From: Antedon mediterranea
Taxonomy: Eukaryota > Animalia > Echinodermata
NCBI RefSeq assembly: GCF_964355755.1
Contig: NC_092673.1
Coordinates: 7,564,001 to 7,628,000 of the forward strand
Direction: 5' to 3'
Length of the DNA: 64,000 nucleotides
Below the pieces are notes generated by a model. The model did not search any database. It saw only the letters and a list, made by a program, of their open reading frames with translations, and was not told where the DNA came from. This document shows positions 26,617-39,100 of this stretch, in pieces. Both the position numbers and the translations under genes were made by a program. The first letter of the stretch is position 1, and every line of letters starts with the position of its first letter.

Positions 26617-26688
26617 GGCTCTGTGGTCTAGTGGTATGATACTCGCCCTGTAAGCAAGAGGTTGCAGGTTCGAATCTCTCCAGAGAAA
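26617..26688 (+). pseudogene. tRNA-derived sequence (SINE head or tRNA pseudogene)
   Basis: A box TGGTCTAGTGG and B box GGTTCGAATC with cloverleaf-like spacing, but broken acceptor, T and anticodon stems and no U33. Confidence 0.7.
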
Positions 26689-26967
26689 TTTGTTCATACA
26701 ACTAAAAAATACCGAACTTTCGCCAATGACGACGCGAATTTTATGAGATCATGTTCCGAATATAAGCACTGTTTCTATAATTTACAGTATGATTTATATA
26801 TAATTTACACAGTGCTACGCAACACAATTGATTTACATATAGGGCCTACACAATATTATTTTAAAAACCATTGCGTATTAAAGTTAGAATTTATTCTGAC
26901 TTGTTAAGCCTCCACTGATTGTGAGGGCGTTTGTTGGATGAGAAAATGTATCTGGTGGGTGAAAATC

Positions 26968-27270
26968 TCCCGGGTTGGCGATTACCCAAGTTTCAGATAA
27001 TACATATATTTCTAGACCTGAATCCCTGGTTGGCGATTACCCAAGTTTCAGGTAATCCATATACTTCTGGACCTGGATCCCTGGTTGGCGATTACCCAAG
27101 TTTCAGGTAATCCATATACTTCTGGACCTTGATCCCGGGTTGGCGATTCCCCAAGTTTCAGGTAATCCATATACTTCTGGACCTTGATCCCGGGTTGGCG
27201 ATTCCCAAGTTTCAGGTAATCCATATACTTCTGGACCTTGATCCCGGGTTGGCGATTCCCAAGTTTCATG
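26968..27270. repeat. Tandem 54/55-bp repeat (~5.5 copies), left arm of a long inverted pair
   Basis: Unit cccgggttggcgattccccaagtttcaggtaatccatatacttctggaccttgat. Confidence 0.9.
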
Positions 27271-29048
27271 TAAGTTTTCTTCATATTTATTTTCTTCATC
27301 TTTAAACCACTTTATAAGTATGTATTACATTGTTAGATTTATCTGAACCATGTTACCTAAAATATTTATACTCTTAAATAACCTTTTTAAATGAGAATAA
27401 ACAATTTTACAGCATAATCAGTAATTACCAGTTACAATCATTGAAAACTAGATAAAAAAGGGTATGCGTAATATGCGTGAAATTTACTTATAATAAAAAA
27501 CCTTTTAATCGCAATTCACACACTGGCTATTGAGTGAATAAAAGGTCAATCTTTTAAGAACTTTTAACACTTTGGCTTTATCTATATATAAATTTAGGTA
27601 AGGGCAAAATTCGGTAAATCGCGCCTTACTTCTAGAATTTTTGCTCGATGGTATATAAAGTTGGTTCGTACTTTCGGTACTGATTTTAACCACCTGATGT
27701 AACCCTGTTTACTAATTAAATTAAGTTAGATAATTTGTTATTGACGATTAAAACGAATTTAGGTTCAACGATTTGCCCCAAATAGGGGTGTTTTCCGATC
27801 GTGGTATACACTGCCTAATGGATGTCCATCTTGAAAAATACCCGCCACAAAAATGCGAGGAGGCTTCGCATTTTCCTATCTCCTCCTACGACAATTGTTT
27901 TTAATAGCTGAAAACCGGTTGAGTACAGCATCATAATGTTGAAGACAGGCCGATTTTCTTAAAAAAATACTATTTTGATAGATTTAATATACGATTATAC
28001 AAATGTATTGATTTGCGATGAATGGAACATCCTAATCTCTTTCCCTTTGAGAATAAACTTGCAATACTTTGACAATACTGTACTGTAAATACCTATTAAC
28101 TATTTTTGGTCCTCATTTGAATCGAACATTTCTTACTGTGAATGTTTGTACTGTTAGATGTAATATAAAAATATATACAAATAAACTTTATTACTGAGAT
28201 TGTGGATAGGCTCTACTGTTAGATATATAAACACATTATTATATACAAATAAACTTTATACTGACAGTTCCTTCTCAACGTTTGTATTAATTAATAATTA
28301 CCAATAATATAAACGTCGTAGTGGTGTATCGTGACTTTAATATTTCAATCGATTATGACAGTGACAGCTTTAACAAAGTATTAAATCTCAAATGTTTTAC
28401 TGTATTTAGAGGTACAGTATATTATTTATAGGCCTATAAAACATGAAAAAAATATTTCGTTACTGAGTGGATAAAGAATATATTTAAAAATTGTTCCTCT
28501 TTGTACCTATCCGCTTTCCCATCCCTCAACCCTAATGTTACATACAAAACACAAATTGGGTTTCTTAAAATGAGTCCAAATCAAAAATTTGGACTCATTT
28601 GTGATAAGTTTCTCCTTCGGAAGTAATTCCCAGGGTGCTAATTTTAGCCGACTACATAAATCATCGTGTCTATTTATTCGTTTCTGTAAACGACAATGTA
28701 TTATAGTCCTGCGGTACGTACATTTGAAATCGCCAGTTTTGTTACGCTGAAATTACTGTGTATTCGAGAACCATCTGTGGGCACGACCTAGATGGTACGC
28801 GAGCGAAGCCATGGTAATAAGGTCGTTTGTATACTGTTTATCTGTTCCAATTATGATAATCTCAAAGCTTATATTATTGCTCTGTGTTATTTCATTTATC
28901 GTAGTCAATACTTGTTTGGCGTATACACAGTCATGTATTAGATGTTTCTCGTCTTCGATTGTATTACATTTTTGACATAGTTTATAATCTAAAACTTTCT
29001 ATGTATAAAGCCTTTTGTTTGTAGGAATTATTTTGTGTAACAAAACAA

Positions 29049-30065
29049 TTGGTGTTAAATGGAGTTCATTCAGAAAGCCTGCGAGTTAGTAGTGGAGTCC
29101 CACAGGGCAGTGTACTTGGTCCTGCACTGTTCAATATATTTATTAATGATATCCCTGATGGAGTTAGTTCAAAAGTAAAAATTTTTGCAGATGATACCAA
29201 AATGTTCAATTTGGTGAACAGTGTGAAAGAATCAAATGGATTACAGGATGATCTGAATAAATTATTTGAAAGGTCTGAGAAATGGCAACTTCCTTTCAAC
29301 TTAATGAAATGTAAAATTATGCATTTTGGAAGAAGGAATAGGAAAGTTATCTATCATATGGGTACTGATCAAAGAAGAATTCCAGATTTGGGAATCATAC
29401 TTGATAATAAATTTTCCTTTGGATTACATGTTGCACAGAAGGCTTCTATGGCAAACAGAAAATTAGGAATGATAAAACGAACGTTTCATTATCTGGATAA
29501 CTATTCTTTCATGCAGCTGTATAAAACCATAATCAGGCCGTCAATCGAGTATTGCAGTCCTGTTTGGCAACATATATCACAAAGAGTCAGACAAGCTTGA
29601 AAAAGTGCAACAGAGAGCAACCCGTTTGGTGCCAGGCATTAGAAGAGATACTTATCAGGATAGATTGAAACAACTACAACTACCTACTCTTTATTTCAGA
29701 AGGCTGAGATCTGCTCTAATCCAGGTTTTTAAAATTTGTAGTCATATTGATAATATAGATGCCAGAAATCTGTTCACTTTTGTAGGAGAGTCCAGAACTA
29801 GAGGCCATAAATGGAAAATGAATAAAGACATATCTCATCTACGAATTAGACAAAAGTTCTTTACTCAAAACATATGCAATGTCTGGAACAAATTACCGTC
29901 AACCGTCATAGAATCTGACTCAATCAACCAGTTCACGTCAAGGCTGGAAAAACACTTGTCTACTTCTTTCTGCAAGTTTTCCCCCTATAGTAGACAAGAT
30001 AATATATAGAAACACGTCAAGGGACACACAAGCTTCGGCTTTATAAGTCTCAACATCAAGTAAAA
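29049..30065 (+). mobile_element. 5'-truncated CR1 LINE (RT C-terminal half)
   Basis: SGVPQGSVLGPALFNIFIND, IFADD, WQLPFN..KCK, LYKTIIRPSIEYC, TRGHKWK, WNKLP; frameshifted near 29600. Confidence 0.9.
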
Positions 30066-30069
30066 AATC

Positions 30070-30530
30070 AATTTCTTTGTTCAGATAATCGCATATCACG
30101 ACCCAGTTAGATTCAAAGAAACGTTATAGGCTCGTTTGCAACCCAACAGAGGTTGTGAGGTTTATCTTGTCTTTTTAACCATCTACCTATCCACATGGCC
30201 TTAGTTTTGTTTTTGTTTAATCTTATTTCAGTGGCTTTACAGAAAGCTGCAATTATTAATACACTTCTGTGGTCATTATCAACCAACAGTATCGGGTCGT
30301 CGACAAGTTGTGCTATCTTAACTTCGGTTTCAGTTAATGGTAATTTAATTCCTGTTACGTTTTTGTCATTTCTTAAATTTGAAGCCATTATTTCAGTCAC
30401 AATTATAAATAAAAGGGCGGATAAAGGGCATCCTTGTCGAATCCTTTTACTCATTTGGAAGCTTTCGGAAATCCATTCGTTGTTTATGATTACACAGTCA
30501 GTTTTGATATAAAGCACGTTCACACCCATT
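30070..30530 (-). mobile_element. L1/Tx1-type LINE RT fragment
   Basis: IRQGCPLSALLFIIVTEIMA...KIAQLVDD...NKNKTKAMWIG. Confidence 0.8.
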
Positions 30531-31899
30531 TTATAAAAGATAACCCGAAATTATATTTTTTCAAAGTTAACATCATGAATCTGCTAATTGTAAGTCTAAG
30601 AAGACTAGAGCTCCACAGACATTTTAAGATATATTTTATATAATGTATGTAATAATATATGTATAATTTATTATATCCTGTACGTTTTCACCTGAGAAAC
30701 GCCCTTTATGTAGCGTTTTTTATCTGTATTTATTAATGATTTTATAACGTGTTGCAGACGTTTAGCTAGGACGTTTGCAGCAATTTTATATCAATACTTA
30801 ATAAAGATATAGGTCTCCAGTTGTGTCTTTCTCGTTATCCTTTCTTATATACTAAGTTTAGAATACTTCTTCGCTGTGTTGGCGATAATTCATTCTTTAA
30901 ATATCCATAATGTATTGCGTCACAGACTACGATGACGTATATTTCTTTCCAGAAGTGTTTATAAATTCGTTGTTGCTGCTTCCACTGAAATTATTGCTGA
31001 GAAAAAAATATTCTGTAGGTAGAAACACTGAAAAAAGAAAACAAACATCAATAAAAAAAATGAAAATATGCCCTTAACCAGAATTCAATATAAAAGATGG
31101 ACCAAGAGGCTCACAGAATGGCAATTAAGAAATAGTAAAATGAGAGGAAAACAAAGATACATTCACCAACTACAGCAACCTGGACGTGAATGGCATATGC
31201 CAGAAGGAAATTTAGGAGTGTTTCAACCAACAAAGAATGAAAAATCATTAGCATACTTTTCCAATGGTCGAATAAATGAATGTCCAAAAAAGCTAACATC
31301 CTCTTTAAGAGGCAAGAGTGAATAAAGTAAGAACACTCCTTTTCAATACTAATGCGTACGACAGATTATCAAAATCGTAATTATCAAAACTAATACAGTA
31401 ACTGTATTATCGGAAATATTGGCGAGGGAAACTTCTGAAGAAAGATGTAAAGTTGTAAAGAACCGGAAATCTGAAACCTAATTTGATGCCCCTCACTATC
31501 CCCACATGCACAGGAAGTAACCTTGAATTGGTACGACCGGACCCTGCCCTTCGCGACACGAAATTATCCTTCATCGTGCCTATGAAAACTGGGGAGAATA
31601 CAATGGTAAATTTTTACGTGTTTTTGTCGGATATGATAACAAGAAATTACACGGAAAAAGTGGGATAAAAAGATTATACATTTTTAAAATGTGTTAAAAA
31701 TGTGAAATGGAATATATTTTTGAAAACAAATCGATGGTTATAGAGACACTGGCACTTTCCAAACTAGTTTGAAAAAACAGAGGTACGCACACAGAATAAA
31801 ATTGAAATTATAAATAGTATTATTGTAACGAGAAAACGAGAAAAAATAATCTCCAATCAGTGATCAAGGTCTTTGGTTGTATGGATTGCCTACCATTTA

Positions 31900-32395
31900 G
31901 GGAATTGCCAACCTGGGATCAAGGTCCGGAAATATACGGATTACATGAAACTTGGGAATCTCCAACCAGGGATCCAGGTCTAGAAATATATGTATTACCT
32001 GAAACTTGGGGAATCACCAATCCGGGATCAAGGTCCGGAAATATATGGATTACCTGAAACTTGGGGAATCGCCAACCCTGGATCATGGTCTAGAAGTAAA
32101 ATTATGGATTACCTGAAACTTGGGAATCTTAAACCAGGGACCCAGGTCTAGAAGTATATGGATTACCTGAAACTTGGAGAATCGCCAACCCGAGATCAAG
32201 GTCCAGAAGTATATGGATTACCTGAAACTTAGGAATCTCAAATCAGGGACCCAGGTCTAGAAGTATATGGATTACCTGAAACTTGGGGAATCTCAAACCC
32301 GGGATTTACGTCTAGTAGTATATGGATTACATGAAACTTGGGAAATCTTCAACCCGGGATTTAGCTCTAGAAGTATATGGATTATCTGAAAGTTT
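31900..32395. repeat. Tandem 54/55-bp repeat (~9 copies), reverse complement of 26968-27270
   Basis: Unit aaacttggggaatcgccaacccgagatcaaggtccagaagtatatggattacctg. Confidence 0.9.
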
Positions 32396-32920
32396 TAGGC
32401 AGTCCAAGTCAGATCCAGGATGAACTTTAATCACTTTATAACTGATCTTTGACCACGTGCCAGGTTTTGAAAACATATTTTGTTCACCGGATTGGTGATC
32501 ACAAATTACACATCGTTTCAAATCACTGGGTCTGGTCTACTATGGAGAAGATTTAAGCTAAGACAATAAGGAATGCAGAATTGACGGAATTTGAGTACTA
32601 AGAGATAAAGATACCAAATTAAATTTAATGATTACTACTAATGTTTTTTTTTATATAGTTTTGAATAAACATAGAAACATTTAAATAAACCTTTATATTA
32701 GTAAAACCAAACAAAAATATGTGATCATATTGAATCGATTGATTGTTTTTCCATTTAGACAGTATATTGATTAAACTTTATTGTATATTGGCCAACAGGA
32801 AAACAAAATCCGGGAGGCTTGTGAGTGCCGACTTGTGTTTCTTAAAATGTGCATTCTGTCTTCCTATTTATATTATTTTTGTTATTAGATGGAAATAATA
32901 ATATGGAATTATCTTTCTAG

Positions 32921-33221
32921 GAAATATGACCGCATTTACGGAATCAGCATGGGCCCCTGATAAAGGTAAGAACAACAGAAGAGACATGCAATGGGGAGGG
33001 GGAACGCTCTATGTTGATAAAAAGGAACTAACAGATACCGACACTGGAGGACGAAGAAAATTGTCTCATCGTAAGCAAATACCAGTTGTAGACGTATCTA
33101 AATGGATTCAGGAAAATACCAGAAAGGAAGACTTCGTCATTTTCAAATTAGATGTTGAGGGTGCTGAATTCGGAATTCTTGAGAAAATGCTGAAGGACGG
33201 AACGTTTGCATGGATTGATAA
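32921..33221 (+). CDS. Methyltransferase gene exon 3
   Basis: tctttctag| phase 1 joins exon 2 (SEDG-NMTAF); VVDVSKWI...FVIFKLDVEGAEFGIL carries the FkbM signature KxDxEGxE; AA|gtaag phase 2. Confidence 0.92.
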
Positions 33222-35484
33222 GTAAGGTTTTTTTATAATTATAATAATATCGTCTGACGAAAAAAATAGCGTCAAAGAAACACATTAACGGAAGTGTATC
33301 GCAATATGAAAAATCATTACATTTCTGTAGAATAATTAACAACACAATATGGTAAATGTAAAGTAATTTGATTTTGATTTTATTGAAACCAAACAATAAG
33401 AAGAATGTTTCATGCTATCACTCAATCTCAAGTTCCAATATATTCCATGATTTGTGTTTAATTTGAGCAGTATGTTGCGTGCGCTTCAGTAGTCTTGAAG
33501 CAAAATTGTTAACGCAATTCTGTTTGCTAAACTACGCTGTTATACGATATGATTATATGACTTATTGCTATCTTCAAATTGAAGTTTACCATTGGAAAGA
33601 AAAACGCACTTAATTTAAAAACAACTGGAGATAAAAAGCACGCAAGCATGAAACAGTTGAAATAAATTAATAACTACATTTGTACTATATTGAAATGGAT
33701 TTATAGACAAATCCTCCGTGGTCTGTCGGTTTTAAACCGTCTTAAGCTCTGTCTACACCATAAATACTGTAGTAGGTAGATCAACTTTAGTATAAAAAAA
33801 TACCGGAAATGCCATTTGTGAACTTTGATCCAAAAACCAGTACGTATCTCCGTAACTACTGGTAATAGACACTTAAATTTGGTCTTAAATTGAACGAAAT
33901 ATACATTTTGCAGTCAGGCTTGCTCTATGTATGTGTGTGAGACTGGGAATGAAAAACAAATATAGATGATATAATGATTTGGATAAATATTTATTCTGAA
34001 AAGTCCCGTGAGCACGGATCACGGCAAAATAGAAAATATACCTATTGCACTCGCCAACGGGGCGAGGGATAAGTGATTATGTAGAAAATACTGGGATGCT
34101 ACAAAAGCCAAATTAAAATACAATAAAGTGGGAGGGTGGGTAGGAAAAGAATTAAACTTTAATTAGAACAAGCGTGCGTTGCGGCTGGCGATGATTTAGA
34201 AAAGGGTGAAATGTTTGAGCCGCCAGCCGTGCAAAATGTGATTGGTGTGTGACACCACCAATCGGGCGATTTTGTTATTATTATACATTTTTAAAATGTT
34301 CAAAAGGTCAGGGTCAATGGTTATATGAACAAATACAAATAGGTAATTATGTCCGTCTTGTACTACTTCGTCTGGTATTTTCTCTTCTTTATTGTATCAA
34401 ACAAAAACAATTTAATACAAAAGGTAGCCAAGGTATAGCCGAAGCTAATCAAGCTTGGTACCTTTTCTCTGCATATCCCCTGCTTAGCGCCGAATAAACC
34501 GATTATTTCAAAAATGTAATTTTTATATGGACTGCATTTCTGCTTTTTGCTCCAAAATAACCGTTTAAATCAGTGGGTGTTCGTTGACAAAAATCGTTAG
34601 ATTTACCCAAAATGCAATTGGTCCTGACTCAAAGTCAGCAGCTGTCAATCAAATAACCGTTATTTTGTGTTGCAGCTAAAAATTGCTCAGTGATAACCGA
34701 TTAAACGGCGTTCTAACACCGAATTGAATGGGTGTTTTTAACCGGTTATTTTGCGCTGCCTTTTAATAACCGGTTACCACAAAGTAGTCTTGTTTCTGCT
34801 CCCAAGAAAAACATAAATGGACTATAAAGATTTAACTAACAATGAATATCTCGGCATAACGCCATGAACAAGTTATACCGTTGGGTCATTTATGCATTTG
34901 ACCGTATAATGTCAGCATCAAAGTCTTTATATATTAGTAAATATTATAAATAAAACTGAACCTAACCACGACCCTTGAATACCTCCATTCGGTGATAACC
35001 AAACGTAGAGGTTTTGATTAATTAAAAACGCTTCTACATATTGTACAATAATGTTGTCAATCTCAAATGTTCAAAGTTTCTGTTATGCAAATAAAATGTT
35101 TGTTTGTTACAATATTACAAATGACAGGATGAGAGCTAGACTTGTCTGTATTTATTGTCTTTTTTATGTTAGTCCACCAGTCGAAGTTTCGATTTTTGTC
35201 TAAAAATACAAGTAGTATACGTATGAAGCGCCATATATGCCAACATATTTATCTTTTTACTAATATTAAGTCAAACTACGGCTGGAACCCCGACTAGATG
35301 AGAGCAAGAAGATAACCCTATAAGCTGTAGAGCTTGTTTCCATATGGGTCCCCGACATAAACAACACCATACATGAAAAATCTTAATTAACAAGCAAATC
35401 TTAATAATAAGTTGCAATTCGTTTTTAACTGTATATTTGAATTGATTATGGTTTCCAATGTCCTTTATACTATTACTATTATAG

Positions 35485-35641
35485 GTATTATGGCGAATAC
35501 CATAAGAACCAGCCGGTGGGTCTCTCTCGCTCTGCGATGTCACTCATAATTAAAGACGTTAAAACTAAAGGGAGAAAGATGTTCGACTGGGGTGCAGAAA
35601 ATAGAAATTATGCGGATTTTGCAACCATTCATCCAATACAG
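35485..35641 (+). CDS. Methyltransferase gene exon 4 (ends at a GC donor)
   Basis: tattatag| phase 2 gives WIDK-YYGEYH (FkbM ExH); ends ...FATIHPIQ at CAG|gcaagt. Confidence 0.85.
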
Positions 35642-36189
35642 GCAAGTCTTATCATCTGCAATACGACTGACAGACTTAATTACTGCTTGGTTACTTGCTC
35701 ACTGAAACTGATGAAGACGTGATTGATCAACAAGTGCCAAGGCCAATGATTACCATGTTAACTGTAGACATGCAGATAGATAAATAGCTAACAGACTGAC
35801 TAACGACCTACTCAGTGATTATTTCACTGAGACCTGATGGCTGCTAACTTGTTGCCTCATTGACCATATTACACGCACTGACTGACGAGGTGATTAAATT
35901 GCTTGATCATGTTTAGATGACATGGATGCTGACGCTAATTGGTTATTCACTGATGAAGTGACTTCTGGTTATCATAGCAGTTCCAGGTGACGGATTGACG
36001 ACATCCGGACAGACTTACTGACAATTCTTTGAACTAACGAAATTACTAGATTGACCGACGACATTTTTACAGACACAATGTCCATTCCATGAACTAACGA
36101 TATGACTAAATTATTAGACCAAAATTGTACTGACTCACTGTCCATTCAATGAACTAACGAAACGAATATAGTATGTTTATCGACGAGAT

Positions 36190-39100
36190 TTTGACCGATA
36201 TGTTGTTCATTCAATGCACTGACGAAGTGACTATACTGACCGATGAGATTTTTTTGACTCGATGTCCATTCCATGAACTGACAAAGTGACTAAATTGACC
36301 GACGAGATTTTGACTGATTCGATGTCCATTCCATGAACTGACAAAAGTGACTATATTAACCAACGAGATTTTGACAGATTCGATGTCTATTCCATGAACT
36401 GACAAAGTGACCAAATTGACCGACGAGATTTTGACTGATTCGATGTCTATTCCATGAACTGATAAAGTGACTATATTAATCAACGAGATTTTGACTGATT
36501 CAATGTCCATTCCATGAACTGATAAAGTGACTATATTAATCAACGAGATTTTGACTGATTCAATGTCCATTCCATGAACTGACAAAGTGACTAAATTGAC
36601 CGACGAGACTTTGACTGATTCGATGTCCATTCCATGAACTGACAAAGTGACTAAATTGACCAACGAGAATTTGACTGATTCGATGCCCATTCTATGAACT
36701 GACATAGTGACTAAATTGACCGACGAGATTTTGACTGATTCGATGTCTATTCCATGAACTGATAAAGTGACTATATTAATCAACGAGATTTTGACTAATT
36801 CGATGTCCATTCCATGAACTGACAAAGTGACTAAATTGACCGACGAGACTTTGACTGATTCGATGTCCATTCCATGAACTGACAAAGTGACTAAATTGAC
36901 CTACGAGATTTTGACGGATTCGATGTCCATTCCATGAACTGACAAAGTGACTAAATTGACCGACGAGATTTTGACTGATTCGATGTCCATTCCATGAACT
37001 GACAAAGTGACTATATTAACCAACGAGATTTTGACTGATTCGATGTCCATTCCATGAACTGACAAAGTTACTATATTAACCAACGAGATTTTGACTGATT
37101 CGATGTCCATTCCATGAACTGACAAAGTGACTATATTAACCAACGAGATTTTGACTGATTCGATGTCCATTCCATGAACTGACAAAGTAACTATATCAAC
37201 TAACGCAATTTCTACTGATTCGATGTCCATTCCATGAACTGACAAAGTGACTTTATTAACCAACGAGATTTTGACTGATTCGATGTCCATTCCATGAACT
37301 GACAAAGTGACTATATTAACCAACGAGATTTTGACTGATTCGATGTCCATTCAATGAACTGAAAAAGTGTCCATATTAACCAACGAGATTTTTACTGATT
37401 CGATGTCCATTCCATAAACTGACAAAGTGACTATATTAACCAACGAAATTTTGACTGATTCGATGTCCATTCCATGAACTGACAAAGTGACTATATTAAC
37501 CAACGCAATTTTTACTGATTCGATGTCCATTCCATGAACTGACAAAGTGACTATATTAACCAACGAGAATTTGACTGATTCGATGTCCATTCTATGAACT
37601 GACAAAGTGACTAAATTGACCAACGAGATTTTGACTGATTCGATGTCTATTCCATGAACTGATAAAGTGACTATATTAATCAACGAGATTGTGACTAATT
37701 CGATGTCCATTCCATGAACTGACAAAGTGACTATATTAACTAACGAGATTTTGACTAATTCCATGTCCATTCCATGAACTGACAAAGTGACTAAATTGAC
37801 CAACGAGATTTTGACTGATTCGATGTCCATTCCATGAACTGACAAAGTGACTAAATTGACCTACGAGATTTTGACTGATTCGATGTCCATTCCATGAACT
37901 GACAAAGTGACTATATTAACCTACGAGACTTTGACTGATTCGATGTCCATTCCATGAACTGACAAAGTGACTATATTAACCTACGAGATTTTGACTAATT
38001 CGATGTCCATTCTATGAACTGACAAAGTGACTAAATTGACCTACGAGATTTTGACTGATTCGATGTCCATTCCATGAACTGACAAAACGACTATATTAAC
38101 GTACGAGACTTTGACTGATTCGATGTCCATTCCATGAACTGACAAAGTGACTATATTAACCTACGAGATTTTGACTGATTCGATGTCCATTACATGAACT
38201 GACAAAGTGACTATATTAACCTACGAGATTTTGACTGATTCGATGTCCATTCCATGAACTGACAAAGTGACTATATTAACCTACGAGACTTTGACTGATT
38301 CGATGTCCATTCCATGAACTGACAAAGTGACTATATTAACCAACGAGATTTTGACTGATTCGATGTCCATTCTATGAACTGACAAAGTGACTAAATTGAC
38401 CAACGAGATTTTGACTGATTCGATGTCTATTCCATGAACTGATAAAGTGACTATATTAATCAACGAGATTGTGACTAATTCGATGTCCATTCCATGAACT
38501 GACAAAGTGACTATATTAACTAACGAGATTTTGACTAATTCGATGTCCATTCCATGAACTGACAAAGTGACTAAATTGACCAACGAGATTTTGACTGATT
38601 CGATGTCCATTCCATGAACTGACAAAGTGACTAAATTGACCTACGAGATTTTGACTGATTCGATGTCCATTCCATGAACTGACAAAGTGACTATATTAAC
38701 CTACGAGACTTTGACTGATTCGATGTCCATTCCATGAACTGACAAAGTGACTATATTAACCTACGAGATTTTGACTAATTCAATGTCCATTCTATGAACT
38801 GACAAAGTGACTAAATTGACCTACGAGATTTTGACTGATTCGATGTCCATTCCATGAACTGACAAAACGACTATATTAACGTACGAGACTTTGACTGATT
38901 CGATGTCCATTCCATGAACTGAAAAAGTGACTATATTAACCTACGAGATTTTGACTGATTCGATGTCCATTCCATGAACTGACAAAGTGACTATATTAAC
39001 CTACGAGATTTTGACTGATTCGATGTCCATTCCATGAACTGACAAAGTGACTATATTAACCTACGAGACTTTGACTGATTCGATGTCATTCCATGAACTG

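Noticed and set aside
26617-26688. Functional tRNA gene
   Set aside because: Acceptor, anticodon and T stems are mismatched and U33 is absent; the same applies to 59540-59608.
28568-28600. 14-bp perfect hairpin resembling a terminator
   Set aside because: Eukaryotic intron; no TSD or context giving it a function.
31068-31325. 85-aa ORF inside the fold-back element
   Set aside because: No recognisable motif or convincing splice context.
35642-35651. GT donor at 35646 (A|gtctta) paired with the acceptor at 48668
   Set aside because: Phase-compatible but a very poor donor consensus compared with CAG|GCAAGT; disfavoured, not excluded.
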